Below, piece after piece: positions 36,940-47,221 of a stretch of 64,000 bases of DNA (the stretch's first letter is position 1; each line of letters starts with the position of its first letter). The notes beneath the pieces are model-generated. The model saw only the letters and a program-made list of their open reading frames with translations. It was not told where the DNA came from and did no database searches. The stretch lies in the sequence record NC_031245.1; one strand, 5' to 3'. Both the position numbers and the translations under genes were made by a program.

Positions 36940-36948
36940 ACGTTTATA
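36920..36948 (+). promoter_or_regulatory. Phage promoter motif GCT-N17-ACGTTTATA
   Basis: Exact motif overlapping the end of the upstream ORF. Confidence 0.75.
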
Positions 36949-36996
36949 CATTTGAAGGGGAAGTTTATACCTATTACACCGAGAGGAGAGACAAAT

Positions 36997-38091
36997 ATGC
37001 ATTTGAAGAAAGCTTTAGTAATAGATGGATCCTATATGCTTCATAGATCGCTCAAAAGTAGTGATCATATTTTCGAGCTAAGATCCCATAACGGTGAGGG
37101 ACCTCGTACCGGAGGAATTTTTATGTTCTTTCGATTACTCGGTCATGAAATGAAAAAGTTTGATTTCTATCCTATAGTATGTTGGGATGCAGGATTGGCT
37201 CAGCGAAGACTCGATGCCTATCCTAATTATAAGAGACATCTGGATAGATTAATCGAAGCTAATGGCAGACTGGATATTGAAGGTAAGTCTGAAGAGCCTG
37301 ATGAGTACCTAGAAGAATACCGTAGACAACGTGGAGAGATTATCAAGATTCTTGATAAATTGGGAGTACCTTCTTTGCGATTCCATGGTTGGGAAGGTGA
37401 CGATTTAATGAAATTAGTCACTATGATGGCTGAAGAGTCCATCGTTGTTACAGACGATAGAGACTTAATGCAATTATTAGGCGATAAGATATCTATCCGT
37501 CGAGCTCTCAATGATGAGATTATAGCAGGTCGAGGTCATGAAAATGAACTATGGTATACTTCACTAGGTGGTAATACGAAATGCCGTACTATGCAGGAGT
37601 ACTTCGATAAAAATGGATATGAAGATATCTTCGAAATGGTTATGGTTAAGGCAATCGTAGGTGACGGTTCAGATAACATACCTGCAGTTACTGCTGGACT
37701 AGAACGTAAGTTCGGAGTTGGTGATACTCGAGCTAAGGTTATCGCTAAGGTAATCTATCATAATCCTAAGAATTATATGGAGATTCTGAAAGAGATGGCT
37801 GAGAATCCTAAGCATCTTCGTGATGTTTACGGTAAGCTACCTGTTAATCCTATTAAAGGATTCCTACAACGTCAAGCAGACTTCATGCGTAATATGGAGT
37901 TAGTTGACTTAGGTCGAGTAGAATTTCCTGATGACATCAAGATTCAGGTAGCTCAGGAGATTGTCTCTTCAGTAGGTAGAACTGACTACTTCGGTACTCT
38001 AGCTCTACTAGGGGATCACCAAATTAATAACATAGAAACTGATGCAATCGTTGGAAAATTGAATATGCTATCGATGAGTGCTATTTCTTAA
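36997..38091 (+). CDS. 5'-3' exonuclease / flap endonuclease (T4 RNase H-like)
   Basis: VIDGSYMLHRS, CWD, YPNYKRH, WEGDDL, TDDRDLMQL, GDGSDNIP. Confidence 0.88.
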   Translation: MHLKKALVIDGSYMLHRSLKSSDHIFELRSHNGEGPRTGGIFMFFRLLGHEMKKFDFYPIVCWDAGLAQRRLDAYPNYKRHLDRLIEANGRLDIEGKSEEPDEYLEEYRRQRGEIIKILDKLGVPSLRFHGWEGDDLMKLVTMMAEESIVVTDDRDLMQLLGDKISIRRALNDEIIAGRGHENELWYTSLGGNTKCRTMQEYFDKNGYEDIFEMVMVKAIVGDGSDNIPAVTAGLERKFGVGDTRAKVIAKVIYHNPKNYMEILKEMAENPKHLRDVYGKLPVNPIKGFLQRQADFMRNMELVDLGRVEFPDDIKIQVAQEIVSSVGRTDYFGTLALLGDHQINNIETDAIVGKLNMLSMSAIS

Positions 38092-38108
38092 GAAAGAGGA
38101 GAACTACA

Positions 38109-38594
38109 ATGCCAGAAATAAATCTACAACAGTACGACGTACTTGGTCAAGTCAACAAGGTCATTGAAGTTATTAAGACTCTCAGTGGATTCGAGGACTA
38201 TGAATTACAAATCGTCAGAGACGTAAACATAGCAGTCAGTAAAGCCTATCCTACAGGTCGTACAGCTTGTCAGGAGAGATTATCAGCACTGGATACGTTA
38301 CGTGGTCGACTAAATACCCTGATCCTTCTGTTAAAAGATCATCGTTCTAAAGAGAAGCGATTCCATCAAAGTAAACATGATAAAGAATACGTGAGGTTAA
38401 CTAGATTAGGTCGTCCTAACTCACAAGCAATCAATTCAGAGATACGTAGCTCATTTCCTGATTTAGCTGAGAATGAGTCTAAGTTAGAAAGACTCAAACA
38501 GATCATCGATTATCTGGATCAACTACTTTGGGATATGGATAAGGTACGTGGAGATCTATTAGATCGAGCTGGAGATTCTGCTCGTAGAGATTAA
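38109..38594 (+). CDS. Helical protein, possibly a UvsY-like recombination mediator
   Basis: All-helical 161 aa, AINSEIR..PDL..E..L..IIDYLD pattern; replication context. Confidence 0.35.
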   Translation: MPEINLQQYDVLGQVNKVIEVIKTLSGFEDYELQIVRDVNIAVSKAYPTGRTACQERLSALDTLRGRLNTLILLLKDHRSKEKRFHQSKHDKEYVRLTRLGRPNSQAINSEIRSSFPDLAENESKLERLKQIIDYLDQLLWDMDKVRGDLLDRAGDSARRD

Positions 38595-38605
38595 GGAGGA
38601 TTATT

Positions 38606-38845
38606 ATGGCTCAACCACCTATTCGGATTACAGAAGATGCTGTACTTAAACGAGTACAAGTTTTATTAAAACGTAAACTAACTAAGAATGAACAGCAAAT
38701 GGTAAAATTAGCTGTAGCAACTAATTCAGCTATTAACTCATTAATTCAAGAACAACGTAATGCTCCAGTAGTACCTAAAAGTCCAGGATCAACTTCAGCT
38801 GATAGGTCTACTTCAATTGAAGGAGCTAAAATCGAGAAATTCTAG
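38606..38845 (+). CDS. Hypothetical protein
   Basis: AAGGAGG RBS; 79 aa. Confidence 0.65.
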   Translation: MAQPPIRITEDAVLKRVQVLLKRKLTKNEQQMVKLAVATNSAINSLIQEQRNAPVVPKSPGSTSADRSTSIEGAKIEKF

Positions 38846-38867
38846 TAGAAAGGAATGGGACTCAGAG

Positions 38868-39842
38868 ATGATCAGCTTAGGTTATGCATGTGTGAATACT
38901 AGTCTCGGAGTTTCTCCAAATCGTAAGACTACAATAGCTAGACTCAAGAGGACTTCTTCTGAAGAGAAGAAAATCAATATCCTTAGATCCAAAATGGAAG
39001 CAAACATAAAGAACTTAGAGTCAATACTTATCTGGAATGCTCAGAACGGTATCCATCTGTATAGGATACCTTCTGAGTTTGTACCCCTAGCTAGCCTAGA
39101 ATGGGCACGTAATATCTGGAATCCTTATGAGACTTATAAGGAAGAATTCAAGAGACTCGGTCAGTTGGCTAATGAACTTGATCAAAGACTATCATTCCAT
39201 CCAGGTCAGTTCGTGGTACTATCTTCTAAGAGGGATAGTGTTACTCATAATTCTATCGCTGAAATCGACTATCATGCTAAAGTCTTGACCATGATGAATC
39301 TTAAGTACCAACCTATAATCAATATACATGGTGGAGGTCATTATGGGGATAAGGAGTCAGCGTTAGCTAGGTTTAAGGAGAACTACCGTAAGCTATCGGA
39401 TGAAGCTCAGATGTACTTGACAGTTGAGAATGATCAGAACACTTATACTCCTGACGAACTGTATGAACTTTACTACGATCTTAAGATACCTATTCTGTAC
39501 GATTGGACTCACCACCATTGGAATCGTGGTCAGTGGGATCCCCAATATGCTTTGAATATGTGTATCGACACATTCGTTCAACTAGGATGGAAACGTCCTC
39601 CTAAAGTTCACATATCTTCAGATGTACCAGACAGTAGACGTCACAAACATGATCTCTTTGTCAAACCATCAGATTTCATGGAGATGTATCTTTCATTAGA
39701 GTATGAAGGACTCATAGATGTAATGTTAGAGGTCAAGATGAAGGACAAAGCAGTATTGAGGTTGAGGGATCAGTTGGTACGTATATCTGGAAATATGGAT
39801 CAATACGAGGAGGTACAGTCTAGTGGTCAAGATCACCAATGA
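38868..39842 (+). CDS. uvsE: UV-damage endonuclease (UvsE/UVDE)
   Basis: LGYACVN, GIHLYRIPSE, RLSFHPGQF, INIHGGG, LTVEND, YDWTHH, KVHISS, MLEVKMKD. Confidence 0.92.
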   Translation: MISLGYACVNTSLGVSPNRKTTIARLKRTSSEEKKINILRSKMEANIKNLESILIWNAQNGIHLYRIPSEFVPLASLEWARNIWNPYETYKEEFKRLGQLANELDQRLSFHPGQFVVLSSKRDSVTHNSIAEIDYHAKVLTMMNLKYQPIINIHGGGHYGDKESALARFKENYRKLSDEAQMYLTVENDQNTYTPDELYELYYDLKIPILYDWTHHHWNRGQWDPQYALNMCIDTFVQLGWKRPPKVHISSDVPDSRRHKHDLFVKPSDFMEMYLSLEYEGLIDVMLEVKMKDKAVLRLRDQLVRISGNMDQYEEVQSSGQDHQ

Positions 39843-40287
39843 AAACATTGATGAAATATTCGATGCCATACCAGGAGCTAAATATAGTAACATGCTAGGC
39901 TATAAAATATGGATAGATCAAGACGAGAGAATGCGGAGAAGGGTCAATGCATTCTCTCCTAAAATCGGTCACTCTTACTGTACAGTACCTACTGGTAAGT
40001 GGAATTACGACGGATTTCTTCAGCTAGGTATAGTTACAAGTAATAGATTTACTGATAAGGTATGTCTTAATGTCAACATGGAGGATTGTGGTTATCAAGG
40101 AACTTGGGTACTACTTGACACTAGCAAGTTTGTAGAGATGTTTGGATTCGAACCTCGACTTGCTAGACCATTCGAGCTTAAGTCCTTCATCGATGTTCAG
40201 AATGGGGCATCAGATATAAGGTACCTAGGTAGACGTGACTACGACTCTAAAAGTACCATCAAAGGCTTTATAAGGGTTCGTAAGTAA
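39823..40287 (+). CDS. Hypothetical protein
   Basis: GAGGAGG RBS + GTG; 154 aa. Confidence 0.65.
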   Translation: MVKITNENIDEIFDAIPGAKYSNMLGYKIWIDQDERMRRRVNAFSPKIGHSYCTVPTGKWNYDGFLQLGIVTSNRFTDKVCLNVNMEDCGYQGTWVLLDTSKFVEMFGFEPRLARPFELKSFIDVQNGASDIRYLGRRDYDSKSTIKGFIRVRK

Positions 40288-40289
40288 AT

Positions 40290-40318
40290 GCTCTTAACAA
40301 GGTTCATAGACGTTTATA
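40290..40318 (+). promoter_or_regulatory. Phage promoter motif GCT-N17-ACGTTTATA
   Basis: Exact motif upstream of polA. Confidence 0.75.
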
Positions 40319-40352
40319 CTTGTGAGGAAGTTCTTAACGGAGGAGGAACATC

Positions 40353-43300
40353 ATGGCGGATACATCAACTAGTAAAGAAATATTCCCTATAGGAACCTTG
40401 AATCCTACAGTTTATATTGTAGGAGAATCACCTGGAGCTATTATGGGACAGGCAGGTACATATCTTCAAAAGATTACTCGTAGTTTAGGACTCGACACTG
40501 AGATCAATTTAAGAATGTTCTCGATTTCTCGTAAGTTTGGAGAAGTTGATGCTTCTTATATGACACAGTCAAGTCGATTCGTATTGGCGGATTTGGCAAA
40601 AACTAAGCCTAAAGTAATCATAGGATTAGGAGCTACACCTGCAGGACTTCTAACTGGATCTATGGGTCGAGTTAGTGATATTCGAGGTAATGTCGAGAAG
40701 ATTACTGTAGGGGATCATGAGTGTTATTTTATCACAACTTTCCATCCAGGTTACATTCTGAATAATGCTGGTAATACGGCTATAATGAAGACATTCCTAG
40801 GAGACTTCAGGAAAGCGATAGCTGCATCTGAGGGTAAGGTTGATGCGAATAGCGATAAGGACTTAAGGATAGCTCTTACTGCACAAGAATTTGAAACATT
40901 TTTAAAGAACGAGTATACAGCTGATGGTGAGACATCTTACGATATTGAGACCAATGGTGCTGACGAACTTAGTAACAAGGCTAAGGTAGTCGGATTTTCC
41001 ATAGCTCCAGACGAAGTTAAAGGTATATACGTTATCTTTGAGGCACTTGAGTACAAAATGCCTGAGGAAGATGTAGAAAGATGTAAGACATTACTCAGAG
41101 ACTTCTTGAAAGAGAGACGAGTAATCATACACAACCAAATGTATGAGCGACCTTATACATTAAATGAGAACTGGCTTGGATATGACCTTCATGACAATAT
41201 AGACGACACACTAGTTATGTCTCGTTTGATGTTAGGAGGTAAAACTGGTGCTGGTTTGAAGGATCAATGTCGACTCAACTTAGGATATACGAAGTGGTCT
41301 GAAGACTTGGATAAGTATCTCCATAGATTCAACGAACTTCAAAATAACTTGGCTCCAACGAATGCAGGTTCACTTCGTGAAGAACACAAGGTATTAATTC
41401 AAGAGAAGTCAGTTAAAGCTCTGGCTGATTATATGATTCTTCAAGTTGAGGAGTCTTTGAATAGACCGACAAAAGAAGGGCATGCTAAGACGAAAGACAT
41501 TCCAGGAACTTTAGAGCTTATCAGATCAACTTTAAGTAACGACAACATAGCTTGGTCAGATATGAAAGAAGTCATGGAGAACTTCAAGGTATTTGATAAT
41601 CGTCAACGTAACGTAGCGATAGCTGCTTGGAAGATGGTCAAATTAATTGAAAGATTCTATACTACTGAAGAGGAATTTAATTTAATAGATGGACTTGTAG
41701 CTAAGGCGATCAATGATCGACTAGAAAAGGACGATTACTCGTTCGTTTCATACGGATTAGTTCCAATGAAAATAATAGCTCCATACGGTGCACTGGATGC
41801 TGTAGCTACAGTCGACTTGAAGAAGTATTACTACAAACGTATGAAAGAGGAGTCTGAGACATTAGGACTTGATCTACTTCAAGGTTATTCAAACTGGATG
41901 AAGCATTTCAAGATGGCTTACGTTATGGAACGTAACGGAGCATTCTGGAATGAAGAGTTAGTTAAGAAGGAACGTAAGTTCTTAGAAGGTACAGCAGTTG
42001 AAGCAACTCGTACTCTTCACAAGTCTCCACTAATGGCTGACTTCCTAGCTGAGAAGAAATCTGGAAGTTTTGCTACTTTCGTAGTAACTAAGATGCCTGA
42101 TGCGATTTCCCGTTCACGTGAAATCTTTATATCTGACATTAGAACTAAGAAACGTAGTAAAAAGAAGAAGGAAGTAGTTTTCTCTGACGGTAGCGTAATT
42201 GAAATGACGAGTACAGCTATCTTGGATCTACTTACTCCTGAGGAACTAGAAAATGCTAAACAGGCATGGATCAAAGATATGAATGATACTATCTTCAGTG
42301 AATTCACGAAGATTAGTGAGTTCAAGGAATACTTCAATCCAGGTTCTCCAGCGAATAAGACTTACTTGAATAAAATATTGGTCAATGACGAAGTTCGTGC
42401 TGCTAGATTCTTATCAAAAGTTAAGAACGAGTTATTCACTCAAGATAACTTCTCAGTGGACAATTATCCTGCTTCTGATAGAATGTTCCTGAAAGCTGTT
42501 CAGTCAATTCTGGATAGAATGTCTGGTATCAAGAAAGCAGTAGCTGATCTTGAAGAGGATGAGATTATTGACAATCCTGAGTGGGCAGATTTGGATGAAG
42601 AGGAAGAAGTAACTGTAGATAAGATTACAGCTAAGGAAGGATTCGCTGAATATATCGAAGTTCTTCGAACTGCTAGGTTAGAGTCTCCTGATTTGGTCAA
42701 TATGTTTGCTGAGTGTTTGAATTGGGACTTACCTGGTACTAAGGAAATGGACATGATTCGTCTACACGAAACTTACCAATTAATGGGTATTGATATTGAG
42801 GACGAATCTTTATGGAATGAAGAGTACAGATTCTTGTACAACTTCCGTTTATACAAGAAGTGTATGAAACTTGTATCTTCTTATATTACTGGTAAGTTAG
42901 GCTACGAAAATGCTTGGATAGTTGATGGTGAGAAACTAGCGTCTGGTGAGAAGTTCGTACCACGTGAAGTTAAGTATAAAGCTCAAGGACTAAAGACTAA
43001 TCCTGGACAAGTAGTTTTACTTCAGACTAGCTTTGCTCCATGTTCAGCAGAAACTGGTCGTTGGAGAGCAGGGATTCATACGATTCCGTTCGGTTCATCC
43101 ATTAAGGAATTGTATACTTCTAGATTCCCTGGAGGTACAATAGCTGCACCTGACTTCTCCCAGATGGAGATTCGTGCGATGGCTGGTGCTGCAAATGATA
43201 AGAAATTGTTGGATGCCTTCTTGCGTGGAGAAGATATTCATAAGTTCAACGCTCAACAGATATTCAAACGTGAAGATGTTACAGAAGTTGAGCGTCGATT

Positions 43301-43576
43301 CTCGAAGATGGCATCGTTCGCTATCTTGTACGGATCATCCGAATACTCAGTTGCTCAAAGTTACTTCAAAGGTGATATAAAAGCAGCTGAGGAGCTATTC
43401 TACAACTTCTATTCAGCGTTCCCTGATGTTAAGAAGTTTATTGAAGAACGTCATAAAGAGATGGAGCAAACTGGTAAAGTTAAGCTTCTTACAAATCGTT
43501 TCTTAAATGTTACTCCTAAGACAATGGATCCTAAGGACATAGGTAAAGCTAAGCGTAATGCTCAGAACTATCCGAT
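40353..43576 (+). CDS. polA: Family A DNA polymerase with N-terminal UDG-like domain and 3'-5' exonuclease, exon 1
   Basis: GESPG/FHPGY UDG fold; YDIET, HNQMYE, YGALD exonuclease motifs; TGRW, PDFSQMEIR (motif A), RRFSKMASFAILYG (motif B); ends RNAQNYP-AT. Confidence 0.9.
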
Positions 43577-44674
43577 TAATTGTAGTCGCCTTGCATCGTA
43601 AGGTGCATTGAATAACTCCCTTAACTGCAAGAAAGTCCTAGCTAGAACCGTCCTATAGGATAGTTCCACCTAAGTGACAACTTGCATCCAAGCTTATCCT
43701 TTAAAGACTTGGAAAGGTGGAGTAACTATGTTCCATAAAAACAGATTCATATATGTATTAAAAGATGGTCGAGATGGAGTTCCATTCTATGTCGGTTCAG
43801 GAGTATATGGTGACCGACCGACTCAACATGTAGAGTTAGCTCTAGGTAAGAGTACATTCAGAAGAAATGCTGAGCATGAGTCGATGTACAAGTTCATCCA
43901 AGAAATAGCTGAAAGTGGTAATGAGGTTAAAGTTGAGATACCACATGAGGACTTACCTTATGAAGAAGCTATGGAAGTTGAGGAGAACTTAACTAGAGAA
44001 ATTGGAACTCGATATGATGGAAATGGACCTCTATTCAATGTGAAGTACGGTAATAAGTTCCCTGAAGGATTTAGAGCAGGAGAGCGTAATTCATTCTACG
44101 GTAAGTCACATTCAAGTGAAGCTCTTGAGAAGATGAAAACTAAGCGTAGTAAGACATGGACTTGTAGTGAGGAAACTAAAGCTAAGAGAAGTAAGAACCA
44201 TCGAGGACCTACTTCAGTCAAGCTGTATGATAAAGATATGAATCTCGTATCAGAGTTTACTCAAATCAAGAAATGTGCTGAATACCTTAGAGACACTCAT
44301 CCAGAGTTGCCATTCTCGAACACTATGGTCAATGCATATTCAAAGTCTGGTAAATTAATGAACGAGTTATACCACATAGTCCGACAAGGAAAAGAAGGTT
44401 CAACGACTATCGAAAGCTAGACATCCTCATTCGTTGAGATTACGTAAATAGACGTGAGTCTAGGAGGGTTGAAGATAAGGTACCTATGGTACACGAAGCA
44501 AGTAGAGTACAGCCTAAGTGATTGAGGTAGGGTAAACCGTGATAAGGTTTATAATTCCCTTTAAATGGAAATGGGGAGCATCCTATTGGTAGAACCTCTA
44601 GGATGGTGACATAGTCTGCTCTATATGGTGACATATAGAAGGATGAATTAGCGAATTCATTCGTAACATAAAGG
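43577..44674 (+). mobile_element. Group I intron carrying a GIY-YIG homing endonuclease
   Basis: Splicing CCG AT|T CAA restores NYPIQGAASD; exon 1 ends in U and intron ends in G; P (TAACTGCAAGAAA), Q (AACTTGCATCCAAG), R (TTCAACGACTATC) and S (GACATAGTCTG) elements. Confidence 0.9.
43728..44420 (+). CDS. Intron-encoded GIY-YIG homing endonuclease with NUMOD3/NUMOD1-like motifs
   Basis: FIY...FYVG, R..H, EVEE, LFN; NSFYGKSHS.E; VKLYD.D.NLV.EF; AAAGGTGGAG RBS. Confidence 0.85.
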   Translation: MFHKNRFIYVLKDGRDGVPFYVGSGVYGDRPTQHVELALGKSTFRRNAEHESMYKFIQEIAESGNEVKVEIPHEDLPYEEAMEVEENLTREIGTRYDGNGPLFNVKYGNKFPEGFRAGERNSFYGKSHSSEALEKMKTKRSKTWTCSEETKAKRSKNHRGPTSVKLYDKDMNLVSEFTQIKKCAEYLRDTHPELPFSNTMVNAYSKSGKLMNELYHIVRQGKEGSTTIES

Positions 44675-45194
44675 TCAAGGTGCTGCATCAGATATTGCGG
44701 GAGTGGTACTTTATAAAGTTCAAGAGTTCATCGAAGAGAACAACTTTATCTCTAAGCCGTTCTGTTTCATCCATGACTCTATTGAAATTGATCTACACCC
44801 TATGGAAATGATTCAAATCTCTAAACAAATCATACCTTTAATGAACAACTTCCCATATGAAGAGTTTGGAGTTCCTTGTAAAGCAGGACTTACAATTGGA
44901 CCTTCAATGGGTGAGGAAATCGAAGTAGAAGAAATCGTATCTAATGACGACTTCTCCGAAGCAACTTTCCACTTAGTAGGTTATATTAATGAAATCGAAC
45001 ACTTAGCAGATGTTTGGAAGGTTGCATATCCTAAGGTTGTAATGGAAGATGTATATGACGATGCAGGTAATCCTAAGATTGAGGATCAATATATCTCTCG
45101 TCACGAGTTGTTCTTCCCTAAGAGAGCATTCTCTCGTTATACAGGTACAACTCGTAAGTTTGGTCATAAGAAAATTCACATCACGATCAAATAA
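44675..45194 (+). CDS. polA: Family A DNA polymerase, exon 2
   Basis: QGAASDIAG and FIHDSIEID (motif C); spliced CDS is 3744 nt (1247 aa). Confidence 0.9.
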
Positions 45195-45232
45195 GGTGAG
45201 GCTAGTCCTCACCCTCCTTAGGAGGAAGTAGA

Positions 45233-45448
45233 ATGGCAAAAGTCAGTATTCTGAAACATAAGATTGATTTGCTCGAATTAGAGCATAAGCATAAACTTGA
45301 AATACTCCAAATCCAGCACGAAGCTGAGTTGGACGCACTAAAAAGTCAATGTACTCATACGTACGAAGATGGATCTTCTTCTTACGAGTTCTTTGGTACT
45401 CAAAGGGATTCAGTCGATAGATGTTCTATATGTGGACGTATTAGATAG
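45233..45448 (+). CDS. Small protein with Zn-binding motif
   Basis: AGGAGG RBS; CTH...CSICG. Confidence 0.65.
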   Translation: MAKVSILKHKIDLLELEHKHKLEILQIQHEAELDALKSQCTHTYEDGSSSYEFFGTQRDSVDRCSICGRIR

Positions 45449-45460
45449 GAGTGAAGTAAT

Positions 45461-45754
45461 ATGAAGGATTACTTTTATGACTCACTTGCACGTGGATTCG
45501 GTAACGTGATAGTTACTAGATTTGGTTCAGTCGCGATTAATATGTATGGAGATCAGAAAGACTCAGCAGTTAGATTGGTCGCATACGACCTAAATACTGA
45601 GAGTCTCAATTTGCTTAGTAAAGAGGATCAGAGGACTCACATTATTGTTGATAAAACATTTGATCTCTCCGACGTGAATTTTAATGTAGAGATAACTGTT
45701 TTTGAGAAATTGAATAAGATCATATCTTCTTTAGAGCAAGAATTATACAAATAA
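45461..45754 (+). CDS. Hypothetical protein
   Basis: AGGAG RBS; 97 aa. Confidence 0.65.
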   Translation: MKDYFYDSLARGFGNVIVTRFGSVAINMYGDQKDSAVRLVAYDLNTESLNLLSKEDQRTHIIVDKTFDLSDVNFNVEITVFEKLNKIISSLEQELYK

Positions 45755-45782
45755 ACACTTTCATCTTAGGGGAGAGGCATCA

Positions 45783-46520
45783 ATGATTGGTATATACGAT
45801 ACTGTTAAAGAAGATAAGAATCACTATGTGATTTGGTCAGGGGGATGTGATTCAACTTTACTTCTATATGAGGTAGCGTCGAAGTACGGTACTAAAGAGA
45901 AGCCTATTAAAACTATCTCATTTGAGAGCCAATTTCTTCAGTCGAATAAGGTCAAGACTGAAAGATACCGTAGAACTAGATTGCTCATGGAGTTTAAGAA
46001 GAGAGGATTACATATCCAAAATACCACCGTAGTTACTAGTGATAAAGGTGAGAAGTATTATCCTCAACAAAAAGGACTAGCTCAAGCCTTCCTGTGGGTA
46101 ACTCAGTCGTTAATCTACGTAGGTAGTGATAATCTGTATTTCGGTTACATAAAAGGTGATGATTTCTGGCAAAGCTATTCCGACTTCTACTATGCCTGTG
46201 AATATTTAGGTAGGCTATTAGGTCACGAACCTAATTTATGTATACCTTTCCGATATGACAAAAAGTCAACTATTTTGAATGAGTTACATGAACACGATTT
46301 ATATGATCTAACTTGGTACTGCGAATTGCCTGATGAGATAAATCAACCATGCGGTCGTTGTAATCCTTGTAGTACCCACCTAAAAGCTCTATTTGAACTA
46401 GCTCATATCAAAGATAAAGATTGGGCTAAGAAATTACTGGATGATAAGGTGTCGATTCTAGAGAAATTAAGAGCTAAGGATAAGACTATCAATGGTAAGA
46501 AGGTGGTTATCGATATATGA
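45783..46520 (+). CDS. QueC-like (7-cyano-7-deazaguanine synthase family) PP-loop ATPase
   Basis: WSGGCDST PP-loop; TWYC-x8-PCGRCNPC Zn site. Confidence 0.75.
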   Translation: MIGIYDTVKEDKNHYVIWSGGCDSTLLLYEVASKYGTKEKPIKTISFESQFLQSNKVKTERYRRTRLLMEFKKRGLHIQNTTVVTSDKGEKYYPQQKGLAQAFLWVTQSLIYVGSDNLYFGYIKGDDFWQSYSDFYYACEYLGRLLGHEPNLCIPFRYDKKSTILNELHEHDLYDLTWYCELPDEINQPCGRCNPCSTHLKALFELAHIKDKDWAKKLLDDKVSILEKLRAKDKTINGKKVVIDI

Positions 46521-46753
46521 GCCAGTCCATTTTTGACTTAAATCAATACCTTCGTAGATTCATGACTCCTACATTAGTAGATCGGTATGAACGTCGATGT
46601 TCCGATATAGTAGATAAATATGGAGGTCTAGCTCCTACCAAAGATACAATCAATTCTATGTTCAGCGAATTAAATGAAGCTCTAGTAAAATTAGCTAATG
46701 AATTTGAAGACTTCAAGAAAGAGGTCGAGTCAGCAGGTGATAGGAATGATTGA
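46517..46753 (+). CDS. Hypothetical protein
   Basis: ATGA overlap with the upstream gene; 78 aa. Confidence 0.6.
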   Translation: MSQSIFDLNQYLRRFMTPTLVDRYERRCSDIVDKYGGLAPTKDTINSMFSELNEALVKLANEFEDFKKEVESAGDRND

Positions 46754-47216
46754 AGTCTATGGTGACGCTTGGAGTCTAGCTAAAGGTTCAGTCCTATGTA
46801 TTACTTCCAATTTTACTATTAAAAGGGATGGATCTGCAGTACTAGGTGCAGGAATAGCTAAGCAAGCTAGGGACTTCCATGCTAAAGGAATCGATCGTAA
46901 GTTAGGTGCATTAATGCAATTACCTGGAGGTAAACGTACCCAGCTAGTCGGATACTATTTCCCACTAGGAGTTAGAACAGCAGTAGTATCATTTCCAGTC
47001 AAACACCATTGGAAGCATAATGCCGATATTGATTTAATTCAGAAGTCGTCCTATGAATTAGTACAATTGGCTAATGAATTTGGATGGAGTGAAGTTTATC
47101 TACCTCGTCCTGGATGCGGCAATGGTAAATTAGAGTGGTCTTACGTTAAATCACATATAGAAGAAATCCTGGATGACAGATTCAGAGTAGTAGCCTACAA
47201 CCGAGAGAAGGAGTAA
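46746..47216 (+). CDS. Macrodomain (DarG-like ADP-ribose glycohydrolase)
   Basis: YGDAW, N....G.AVLGAGIAKQ, FPVKHHW, LPRPGCGNGKLEW. Confidence 0.8.
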   Translation: MIEVYGDAWSLAKGSVLCITSNFTIKRDGSAVLGAGIAKQARDFHAKGIDRKLGALMQLPGGKRTQLVGYYFPLGVRTAVVSFPVKHHWKHNADIDLIQKSSYELVQLANEFGWSEVYLPRPGCGNGKLEWSYVKSHIEEILDDRFRVVAYNREKE

Positions 47217-47221
47217 CATCT

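Noticed and set aside
35499-36996. Group I intron joining the 21-codon ORF to the exonuclease gene
   Set aside because: No P/Q/R/S core visible; the exonuclease has its own promoter, RBS and complete N-terminus
44440-44688. 82-aa minus-strand ORF
   Set aside because: Antisense to the structured 3' half of the polA intron; no RBS
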